A stretch of 35,357 nucleotides of DNA from Phoronis australis (Eukaryota > Animalia > Phoronida), in the NCBI GenBank assembly GCA_002633005.1, contig NMRA01001221.1, forward strand, positions 1-35,357. Direction: 5' to 3'. The notes under the pieces are model-generated. The model worked only from the letters and a program-made list of their open reading frames with translations. It made no database searches and was not told where the DNA came from. Both the position numbers and the translations under genes were made by a program. The stretch's first letter is position 1, and every line of letters begins with the position of its first letter. This document shows, piece after piece, positions 1-11,800 of the stretch.

Positions 1-760
1 TCAAACACTGAAAACCAGTATTCAAGTATGTTTGTACATTATACCAGCGCTTACTGAGCCGTTGGTTGAGAGACATCCAAATACTCTTGAAATTGCGATC
101 ATGCGTAGTCACCGGTCTCTTAAGATAGGATGAAAAGTTGTTATATTTTCGTGTTTTAAAACACGTGGGTTTTAAGGATCACTTCGTGTTTTAGGATTGT
201 GTTGATTTTGTAAAAGTAACATGGGAACTCTTGTGTTACTGTCGTCAAATTACTCTCCGTAAATCTACAGTTCAGACCAAGGCATTCTGCAGTGACTTTC
301 AGCTGACTTATAGAATGATTCAGGTTTGCTTAAAACTAAAAGATTCTAGCTTCTGATTTTGTCCAACGTGCACAACTTTGTCATTAAGATTCGTTCATGT
401 GAAGTTCACACATAGTTCAATGTTAAGAGTTACGGTAAACAAAACGACTGACACGACAAGGGTAACCAGGTATTAAATGTCACATTTCGTTTTGTTGCTT
501 CACACTTGAAGAATGGCTAAAACATCTCCCGTCTCAGAATGCAAGGTCAAAAACAAATAAAAAAGGATGTTTCAAGTTCTTTGTGGGCCTCTCCTGCCGA
601 GGGGGGATGCAAGTGGCGAAAATTTGTTAGTGTAGATGGCAGTCACACACAATAATTGCTCATTTACTGTTTTTTGACGGCCTTTCCAACTTGAGAGACC
701 ACTACTTCAGGGGTGTCAAAGTGGCAGCGGCAAAGCGAACTTTTGGACTATGTTGAATAT

Positions 761-1723
761 GTTGAATATGTTGTACCTCAGTAGTTTTACCTTACTTCAA
801 GGTCTCCATTTGCAACATCTGTTGAATATGTTGTACCTCAGTAGTTTTACCTTACTTCAAGGTCTCCATTTGCAACATCTGTTGAATATGTTGTACCTCA
901 GAAGTTTTACCTTACTTCAAGGTCTCCATTTGCAACATCTGTTGAATATGTTGTACCTCAGTAGTTTTACCTTACTTCAAGGTCTCCATTTGCAACATCT
1001 GTTGAATATGTTGTACCTCAGTAGTTTTACCTTACTTCAAGGTCTCCATTTGCAACATCTGTTGAATATGTTGTACCTCAGTAGTTTTACCTTACTTCAA
1101 GGTCTCCATTTGCAACATCTGTTGAATATGTTGTACCTCAGTAGTTTTACCTTACTTCAAGGTCTCCATTTGCAACATCTGTTGAATATGTTGTACCTCA
1201 GTAGTTTTACCTTACTTCAAGGTCTCCATTTGCAACATCTGTTGAATATGTTGTACCTCAGTAGTTTTACCTTACTTCAAGGTCTCCATTTGCAACATCT
1301 GTTGAATATGTTGTACCTCAGTAGTTTTACCTTACTTCAAGGTCTCCATTTGCAACATCTGTTGAATATGTTGTACCTCAGTAGTTTTACCTTACTTCAA
1401 GGTCTCCATTTGCAACATCTGTTGAATATGTTGTACCTCAGTAGTTTTACCTTACTTCAAGGTCTCCATTTGCAACATCTGTTGAATATGTTGTACCTCA
1501 GTAGTTTTACCTTACTTCAAGGTCTCCATTTGCAACATCTGTTGAATATGTTGTACCTCAGTAGTTTTACCTTACTTCAAGGTCTCCATTTGCAACATCT
1601 GTTGAATATGTTGTACCTCAGTAGTTTTACCTTACTTCAAGGTCTCCATTTGCAACATCTGTTGAATATGTTGTACCTCAGTAGTTTTACCTTACTTCAG
1701 GGTCTCCATTTGCAACATCTGTT
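761..1723. repeat. Minisatellite, 16 tandem copies of a 60-bp unit (GTTGAATATGTTGTACCTCAGTAGTTTTACCTTACTTCAAGGTCTCCATTTGCAACATCT)
   Basis: Identical 60-nt lines repeat from 761 to 1720. Only two substitutions are visible (902 T>A, 1700 A>G). Confidence 0.98.
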
Positions 1724-2080
1724 CTCAGATTGCAAAATTGTGTCTATTTCTGCTTATATGGGCTGTATAACGAAGTCATTTTACCATATGAAATACTTTT
1801 GGTTCAATATATTGTCACTTTATGCGGTTTGTTATCGTGGTAAAGGTGGCGGCGATAAATGATAAATATGCCTGGACCACCAAGCTCTTGAGGCACACAA
1901 ACGTACAGAAGTACACGTATCTTTCATGGATTTTTTTTGTAAATATGACCACAGCCCCGGAAACCGCTTTCGCATTATATCCTGGTTCTCATTAATTTCC
2001 TCGCACATATTCACCAGTAAGACCGAGCTCAGAGGAGTAGGAGACACTTTTGTGCAATTCTCGATTGTCAGTCAGTAAAG

Positions 2081-2143
2081 CTGGGAGTCGAACCCGCGTC
2101 TCCCAAACGGGAGCCCGGAGCTCAAACTACTGGAATACACGGT
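2081..2143 (-). mobile_element. tRNA-derived SINE head (probable)
   Basis: Minus strand reads ...TATTCCAGTAGTTTGAGCTCCGGGCTCCCGTTTGGGAGACGCGGGTTCGACTCCCAG. This has a good pol III B box (GGTTCGACTCC), a degenerate A box and no intact cloverleaf. Confidence 0.45.
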
Positions 2144-2723
2144 TTTCTCATGGAAATGAGAGGCGGCGTACAGGTAAACAGAAACCAGAGCTCTATTTCG
2201 TAAAGTTACTGCATTTTAGTAAGGCAGGACCCTCAAATTGATCTTATTGCGTTTCAGGAACTTGGGAAATGCCAACGAAGCAACTGTCAATGCGAGGGCG
2301 TTAAAGGCGAAGAGGCAAGTGACGTCATTCTAGTTCACCTACGTATTGTGTAGTTCAAGACCAGTAAGACGCTTTTGAGTGCAAGCCGCCATGACGTCTA
2401 TGAAAACCACGGCATTTCTAAAATTTGTAAAAGAATTCCACTCATTTTCCCTTATTTATTTTACATTGGCTATTTTCCATTTGTCTATCTCCTAAGTTTT
2501 AAGTGAGATTTAATGTATCAGAAGTTTCTAGCTCTGATTTTAACGTGCAGTCTTAAGGCTTGTATTCTTTGATGCTCCCCAAATGTTGAACATGACATTG
2601 GACGAAATCGGTTATTATAATATTATGCTTTGACTTTTACGGCAACAGAACCCGAAATCAAGTCTTCAGCAACTAAGAAATCACTTGAGATTGTTCGTTT
2701 TTAATATCCTTGTTCTCATGTAG

Positions 2724-2858
2724 GGTCCGCAAGGTCCTGCCGGTGATCCCGGGCAGCGTGGCTTCGCTGGTTCTCCTGGAGCGGAGGGGCCTCAGGGTGC
2801 ACCCGGTGACCCGGGTTTGCCAGGATTTGACGGAGAGCGAGGCCCTCAAGGTGCACGC
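2724..2858 (+). CDS. COL4A2-like: Collagen exon, 135 bp, 15 Gly-X-Y triplets ([16 protein letters not shown]...GPQGAR)
   Basis: ctcatgtag|GGT acceptor, CGC|gtaagt donor, uninterrupted Gly-X-Y. Confidence 0.92.
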
Positions 2859-5800
2859 GTAAGTACAACCCCATGTGTAAATCGGTCAAAGTCTGCGGCA
2901 GACTTTATTGATGCGTAAGTTAACTGAGCTGAGGTTTTCCAGTTCACAACAGGCTAAACGTTTACGGCCTTTGCGTAGGCGACTAAACACAGGAAACTTA
3001 AGCCCAAACTTTTTGTAAGCGACTTGGAACGCAATCAATGACGACCAGCGAATTTGAATTACAGTCTTGTCAGTTTCCCAAAACCAGGAATTACTTCTAA
3101 CCTAAGTAAATTACAATATGGGAACAGTTTCAGAACAGTAAGTGTTTGAATTCAACAGTTAGAGAATTTGACATCGAAAGTCGCCGTTGGCGGGCGCATT
3201 AAGGCTTTAAATCCCAAGTTCGGTTAAACCAAGATTAAACTGGAAAATAGGTCCCACGTTACTTCAGCACGAACACCTGTTTCAATCATATGGATTTTTC
3301 TTGGCAAGATATAAAGCAGATCTTTTATTTCATTCGAATACTAAGTTAAATTAGCAATGTCTCTTTAGGACGCGTCGTAATTTTGGATACGACTTTATTA
3401 AAACAGTATTTCAACTTTTTAAACATAAATCAGGAGTTCCATAGTCGACAGTCATCAGATGCGCATGTGCAAATTCCCATGTGGTTGTCTCAGCAATCGC
3501 TAATAATAACTTGTTTAAAAATTCCTTATTTGTCTGAACTCAAGTTCTTTGACATGTGCCGTTTTCCATTTTAGGGATTGCCAGGAGAAAGCGGATTGCC
3601 CGGAAGCCCTGGAGAACGAGTTCGTATACCTTTCTTTACGTTGTTCACCTCACATACTCCCTGAAAAATAATAGACGTGACCCAGTATTTGCCCCAACGC
3701 TGTATTCTCTTAATCTCTAACAAATAAATCGCTGACTTATTTCCGAACGGACTGATTGCGACAATATGAAGCTTTGGCGTTTTCCATTCCGTGACTCTCA
3801 CTGTTTCAAACACCGGGGAATTTCCGAAAGAACCATCACCAAAAAGAGCAATGGTGTTTTTTCGGAAGCGAGGTTCGAAATAGCTCTCTCGGGAATGTGT
3901 GCATTTCGATCACATTATATCGAAAAAGTAAGCAAGATGTCATTTTGTCGATTTCGGCCGCCAAAAAGACCGCTAAATTAATTCAAATTTCAGTGTCAAA
4001 TGAAATGTCGTCGGACATATCTGTTATATTTAAATTGCCTCGATTGAAGTGGCACCCCCCTCTTATAGACGTACAGTCTTTCGCAGTGCTACGAAGGACA
4101 CTGCGGCACTGTGAAAAAATCTTACAATATAGTTTGTCATTGATTAACAGAACGCTTTTCCGATTGCTTAGAAAATACAATTCGGACACTTCGTTTGATT
4201 GACGTTGACAAACGCGTCTACTGAGGTATGCCTTTGCGGCTTGCTGCTGCTACAAGGCTAAAACGCATTCTACACGGAGTTCTTGTTTTCTAATACCATC
4301 AAGGTAACAAGGCATCATTTTCCACCTCAGTTCCGAACAATGGCTCGTTTTGTTAAAGGTCTTAGGCTACCCGCGGTCTAGCTACATGTGAGAAAGTCGA
4401 AAGCACGCACGTCATGAGAATGTATCGTTACGTTTTCTGTAACAACGTAACGTGTTATTTAGCCTTGCTCACATCCACGCTTCACGATCACCTTCATAAA
4501 CCATAATCAGTGAACCGTGAGACCATAAAAATCGAAGTAGCGACGGTCATGCATTGAAAGCGAAGCGCGTGATCACACTAGCTTCCTTAGCAAGATTCTT
4601 TGGTCTACGGAACTCTATCTGGACTTGAAACTTTTGGCAAAATTAGACCCATATGCTTACGACTAACGTCATCCTAACTGTGGCATGCTCGCACACGGGT
4701 TTCTGCATGTCGTTTATCACCCTTTACAGGGTCTTCCACTGAACTGTGACGCTGTGCCAGAACACGATATACCCTCCTACAATATGTTTTTGAAGCCCGC
4801 GACGGAATGAGGGTGCTGCTTGTAGGCCTAGACAATGTTTCCAAAAGAGCCCCATGAGTTCTCTTTTTGGACTCAAAGTCATTTCAGAATAATAGAAATC
4901 CTCGGTAGGCCCTATAGCAACCTGATAATTGCTTCGTATTTGGTGAAATAAAAATTGTGACGTACGTATATTCTTTAGGCTTAAAAACATTTTATTAGTA
5001 AGCCAACATTAGCATATACAATTAGATGCGGTAAGGTTATCTGCCTACAGTGTTGCAGAAGGCATAGCATCATTTAATTGTTGAAATATCGGGCATCAAC
5101 AGCATTGCCAAACAGCTATTTTCGCTTTCTATAACTGTGTTTTATCTCTTTTGCTCCCCTTTCCAGTAAACTGTCTCTTTTTCCGAACTACTTTTGAGCA
5201 GACTCACGAAATGTCATCATTTGTCAGTTCTAGGTGAACCGACTCGTAGACCAGCCTCGTCCCCAAGCCTCAAAATGGCGCTGATCGGTTTAGCCATTTG
5301 AGAACAAAGAAAGTAAATGGCAGACTATGAACGGTTTTTTGCCTTGTCAGTGACGTGGCAGCAAATATTTCGTTTCTGCAGTCACGGTTTAGTAGCCGCG
5401 TGCTTGAAGCACATACATATACAGTGTACAGATGTACACACATCTGGCCGATTTAACCAGTGTGTTATTCATACTGTGTGAATACAGGACAGTATCGTAA
5501 ACAAAAGTCAGTGACTGTAGAAAAATGAACTCTGAAAAGGCACAACCACAATTTTCTGATTCGCATTTCTTGAACATGAATTAAGCACCGATTTATCTGT
5601 ATAACAGACTATGTACACATTTACACTTCCTTCATCAGTCATGCCAATTTGTTTACGTGAAATGCTACCTGTGGAGAATTAGACCAGCCAATCAACAACG
5701 CCGGTGTAAAAAATTACCGAGTAAAACTAAATGATACTTGCGTGTTCACCTAGCGGACAAGCTGGGAACCAGCGAGTTTGAGACTAAGCCTCAAATGTCT

Positions 5801-8800
5801 AAACCGATCAGCGCCATCTTGAGGCTTGGGGACGAGACTGACTCGTGGACGAGACGACCTCGCTACCTGGGCTGAGTTGAATAAAGCTTAAAAAGTCATC
5901 CGCTGGATAAGTTTGATTGTTGCATGACGTCAGGTGCATTGTTCAACAATAACAACGTGACGCGTGATAATGCGACTCCATTGTTGCTATACGGCGTATA
6001 ACTTTTTATGCAACTGGGCCCAGGTGACTGGGCTTAAAGGAGAATGCCACCCCAAAACAACCTATTTTGTATCAATTTAGATGGAGCAGTTCCACTCGAT
6101 AATAGCAAGTTCAGTTGTTTTACCTAACACCTAACGGTAGACGGAGGTGCTGAATTCGTCAGAGAAATCATTGTCGACGAAATGCCGGCCACAGACGCGG
6201 AGATGTTTCACGGCCTCATACTTGCTATTAACAGCGTACTTTTCATTCTTCACTAGAGCGAGCCACTTCCTAAGCATTTTGGGGCTGTCGAGGAAGTCGA
6301 AAATAAACGATATACCAGCTTTCTTTGCAGCTTCATAGTTCGGACAAGCGGGAACGATGCACCGCAATATAGCGGCATTCGCTCTGCAGACGAACCACTG
6401 ACGTCGCTGCGTCGTTACTCACTTTCCTCACAGGTTAACGCTACACCTCACGGCAAGGTGAGGTCAACCGTGTAAGAGGCCATGTGCATATAGACCGATT
6501 AAGACGGTAAAAAGACTAATTAAATCGGGTGGCATTCTCCTTAAAACTTGGCTCTGTCTAAGAATGAAACTTAAGTAACAGATTTAGTATGGGCATAGTC
6601 ATAAAGACACATTTAAATACTGCTGAAAGTCACCAAATGAGAAAAAATCGTCTAACTTTGTGCTTGATGTTTTAGGGTCTTGATGGAAGAGTTGGTCCCA
6701 TTGGAAATCCTGGTCTTCAAGGACCCGAGGGTCTCCCTGGACCACCGGGATCAAAAGGATCACCAGGCAACACGGGGCCCCCAGGTTTAGATGGATTTCG
6801 CGTGAGTATATCACGGGAGTTCCGAGGCACGAAATTTCAATAACTAGGTTTCAAGAATGCACTCGAGACTATTTGTAGCAGTATGATTAGGTCGTATAGG
6901 TTATCCTTGACTGATTTTAAATCTGCAAGTTACTTACTTCTTGCATTATACAGATAGAAATAAAAATTGTCGAAAGTTCATTCTGTGTAAATACAGATTA
7001 CATTTCTGAACATATACTTGTTAGACTGATTCAAGTCAGGAATTATTGTTGCCATGTCTTCCTGCTTTCAGTTGGGTATGTAGTGGGGCGGTAGCCCTGT
7101 AATGTGCAGCACCGATTGGGAGTTGGCCGCTCAAACGACCGGGGCAGCACAAAGGTGTTGACTATTGGGCCCGAGTGCCGCAAAAACGATCGGCGCAAAA
7201 GTATCCAGTGTTCACATAGACTCAGTGTTCGGGGGCACTCCGTCTTGTCAACTGTCTTAGTTATGCCATGGACTGATAAGACTTCNGCCAATTCAAATAA
7301 AACGTCATTCATTTGTCACACTAGTTACCCGCAACTACTCGAAGTAGAAGTAATAACAATTACGCACTTGATGAACCCCCACTCATCATGCATCCACGAT
7401 TGGAAACTAAAGCAGAAATAATGGTTTTAGATTTTATTTTTATTTTCTTAAATATTTTTAAATTTACCTCTTACATTGTTTCAACAATGAGGTTGTCGAA
7501 AACATTTTTTTGGATTGCCCAACAATTACGCGCGCAACAAGAACTATGAATGCTCTCTCAAGTCACCACGTCAGCAGCTAGTACCTCCAAAGTCAGACCT
7601 TGCGAGCGTGACGAAATAGCATCTCAACGCATTTCAAATGAAAGCTAGTGGAATTTTCATTTGCGTATTGTAGAATACCTTTTATTTTAGGGTTTGCCCG
7701 GAGAGCCTGGACTAAACGGTATAGATGGTGCTCCCGGCGTGCGAGGAGGCCCAGGACCTATTGGTTTGCCCGGCATACCCGGGTGTGACGGTGCCAAGGT
7801 CAGTTTAATTTTAAAATATCTAAAATGTAGAGTATTAGAGAAGAAAAGCTCATGAATGTTATTTTTATCTAAGTTCAAGCATGCTGGCAGACTTGTTGAG
7901 TAGACCAGTGAATTTAAAGTGCAGTTGTTGCAATGTACTTTTAGAAGGCCAAAGTAAAGTGCCTACCGTTTTGGCGAATTTCAATATCACTGTCTTAATA
8001 ACATGATTGCTGTTATTATTACTACCATCATATTTATTATTATCATTATCATTTTTATGGTTATCATTATTAAGTGTGAAGTAAGATATTTTTAAAATCT
8101 GCAGCCAGGATAGCATGTTATTTGAAGTGTGCTATGCAATAAGCCTGTCCTAAAATAGCGATTATTATTATTCTGTGGCAATGCTGACGCAAAGCTATTT
8201 GAAAACAGGCAGATATCAATGCTCGATATGCTTGCTCTTTTATGCGCCCAGATATTTATATGGACGGATGTTCATGCAATTCTGTAGATATGTTCAATTT
8301 ATGGATGGGAGACGGTGTGACTGAATTTTCGGACGGATCCGACTACCGGTGTGCCCCTAGAGACAATTTCATAGAAATGCAGTCGAATTGAGTTTTTCAA
8401 TATCTTTTAGGGTGATCCCGGCTCTCCTGGAGATCCTGGCCCTGCGAATGGTCCAGCGGGTCCCAAAGGAGAAACTGGACCTCCAGGTGAGAGTGGTTTT
8501 GAATCGTCTGATCCAAGACGCACTTTAAACTTAAGACGTTGGTGTTGAGCCAAACGAACTCAATACAGCAGATTTAAACCACGTTCTAGAGTTAAAAACA
8601 GCTTTCACCAGAAGCGTAATTTGGCCTTCCAACTCAACAACATGTCATTTATATGCTAGGAAATCTTTATAAAAAGTCATCTGACATTACCCTGATGGTC
8701 AAACTGCCTTGCTGAGTGAATCCGACGTGAGAAGTAAATACACAAAACGAGACATTATTCCTCATTATACGCGGAATAATGTCGAGTGGGATATTACTTC

Positions 8801-11800
8801 ATCTACGCCAATCATGGTACGTTTTGTATTGATCCCATACGCTTCGAATTCCTACGTTTCTTTCATTTCTTCGCAGTGTTTTAAAATACTTCACTCAGAC
8901 TGTTCACATCCTATATGTATGTACTTGCGCGTCAGGTTGCAAGTTTTCCTAGAAAATTAAACAGTTTTAAAAGTAACGATATATTACTTGAAAAGAGATA
9001 ACAAAGACGAAAGCAACGGAAACTGTGCATTGAACTTGTAACATCTCCTGAAAATAGTTCAATAACAACATCTGATATTATAGTTACCGAGGAATCGACG
9101 CCTGAGTTGCAGACGATATAATATTTAGCAATTGAAAATTGAGACAGAACTGTCATATAATTAACAGTCCTGTTCTAGATGTTGCGATTGGGACCTGATT
9201 GCATGTTGAGTGTTATTTACACTCCTGCAATTCTATGACTATTTCCGTAAAGTTTGATGATCGAACCAGCTAACGACGTCGAGTCGACATTGACCTACCT
9301 TTTGAACTTTCCATGTCAGAGGTCACTGTTGAAGTAGTGCGGGAGGTGAATACGGAAAACATTATTTCATGGCCTTATTGCACTCGACTGATTCAACGCG
9401 TGTGGGATACGCTAATGGAACTGACCTAAAGCAATGTTAGCATATCAGTTTTCCTGATCGAAAGCTAGAAACCATTTGAGTAATCTGAGTAAGGAACGTG
9501 ACGAGAACTACGAGTAAGTGGCCTAAATCAATGTGGTGCGCTTGCAATTATAGTCAGCGCCATCAGTGTTTACACATTTAGAAAAAATTGGAAGGTAAGT
9601 AATCTCACCATACCTGAGGTAAATCCTTCAGATAATTCACACGGGAAGATAGATTATTAGTACTGAATAGTTTCAATACGTCTGAGACTACACATGTAAC
9701 TACCCTACCGCCAGTATCGAATCAATATTAAGTAATTCTCTATCTAGTTTGCTTTCATCAAATTCCACTGTTTATTAGATGTTGCGCTATGTTTCGTTAG
9801 CGACAAGAGCTGAACTTGAGTTGTACGCTCATAGCTGTTGACAGTAATTATTTTTCAGGAAATCGATTGCCACTGCCAAGATTTAAATTCACGATACTCA
9901 TGGTGAAACGTCGTATAGGATCAAGGTTGGGGCCTAACTGAATAACATTAATCAATCTCAAAGTTTGTTCAGTACTTTTGCAGTGCAATGTCATTGTATT
10001 CTCTTAAATGGTGAACTTCATAATAGTGTTGAAGTCCATAAACCAAATGAAATCTGTCCACAGGAATTTGCAGAATGGTGGAATAATTTGTATGACCGTT
10101 ACTACTCAGATAGTATAAACAATAATTGTACGCGGTCTGGCTGGCATTGCACCAGAAGTACGCAGGCCGCTCAGGTGGACCGATTGCACTGATCAACTGA
10201 AACCATTCTTGTGCTTTACTGATGTATCGTTAAAACCGAGCTAAGGAGCTAGAGACCTGACTCAAGGGTCTAGCAATTTGCCCCAGTGGAACTTGAAACC
10301 ACAAAATCCAATAAAGGAAACCGACATTTTTCACGCTAGGACACACTGCCTCCTTACTGAGATTTTAGGTCTACAACCGGAATTCTAAACCTATCCATAC
10401 CTGCAAGAATTGTGAAATTGTTAGTTTTCCATGGTAGGTCTCCCTTCTGACTCATGGTTGTTTTAATAAAGTCCAATGAAGATGTAGTAACCAATGTTGT
10501 TATCGTATCATTTTTCAGGAGCTCCCGGAAACAACGGTAGACCTGGCTTGAATGGCTTAGATGGAATTCCGGTAGGCATAGGATTCCTAAGAATCACTTT
10601 ATTAAAGTGTTTTTCATGTAAATTCACCCAGGAGAGGCATATTGGACTTCTTCCGTACGATTCATGACGTGATATTGAGTTTCTATCAAACTTAATGCAT
10701 TTATTTATGTGGTATGCATTCGTACAATTTTGAAATGAAAGCGCGTGCATTTTTCTCGTTCATATTGAAAAAACATTCGAAGAGTGTAATCGTCTTCGAA
10801 CACTTTACGCATGAATATTAAAGTCGATAATGTGAACACGTTCGCTTGCCACTGAGCACTATAGGATGTTATCACTGCATGGGGAAAATGTTTGCGATCG
10901 CTAAAAAACGGCATGTCGGAAAGTTTATGAAGCTGCACGTCCACATGCTGAGCTGTCCGAAAAGGAAATTGGATTAGACCTTCTCACTCTCATAAAATCA
11001 GTTTCACTACATTCCTCACCGTTACCAATAAGAACATTAAAGCCATCTGCTACACAAGAAAAGGTTTCAGAATTGATTGGGGTTGGTCAACCCTAAAATT
11101 GTGAATCTGTCTAACGGTCAAGAAAGTTTGGCATCTTTTCTCCACTCTTGCACTGGGGCAGCAGGGAGATTATGATTCAGAACAGAAAATGCCGATTTCG
11201 CAATTCTTTGTCGTTTCTGACACCTCGAATTTATCCGATGGAACTACCAAGGCATAAATCCATCTCTTCGCGGAATTTCTTTACCCAAGATAAACTTCAT
11301 CGAGTATGCTTTCTGAAAATCATGCATTTTTGTCAAGTGATCCGAGACTGCGTGGTCGGAAGTTTGGGATTTCAGATACTATTCATTACTCGATTTGTGG
11401 TCTTGACGCCACAAAACGGCAGTGTGCATGTCTACCTCTCAACGAGAGTCCGCGAGATATTATGGCTGCTATAAACCTGACTTTTGTCAAAAAATCATTC
11501 TGATTAAAAGAACGTACCGTCATAAAATTGATCCTTACTCGGACAAGAAGAGACTCTTTACATGCGAATTCACTTTTCGTAACAAATCGAGACAAGTCTC
11601 AATATAGTCAAGCCGAGATTTCATATCAACCTGAATAGGTCGAGACAAGTTTCGTAGCGATTGAGAAGTGTAAGACGAAAGTGTGTTTGGCTGAAGGCAG
11701 GTTACTTTAAATGAAAACTTTCTACGCAGGGTCCGGCAGGTGACGTTGGTTTACCTGGTGACCCGGGTCCCGCAGGTGAAAAGGGAGAACAAGGCCCACC

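Noticed and set aside
750-1862. 370-aa Leu-rich repeat ORF as a protein-coding gene, or the array as CRISPR
   Set aside because: The ORF is a by-product of a 60-bp unit with one stop-free frame and has almost no synonymous variation. The array has no spacers and the context is eukaryotic.
2081-2143. Functional tRNA gene
   Set aside because: B box present, but no proper acceptor or D stems. Better explained as a SINE head.
1-2723. Signal-peptide or first coding exon of the collagen
   Set aside because: No hydrophobic leader with a donor site and no Gly-X-Y exon found. The 5' end is probably outside the window.
9920-10190. Possible L1/Tx1 RT remnant (GPN*ITLI..., LLNGEL)
   Set aside because: Similarity is too faint and no PQG or YADD motif is nearby
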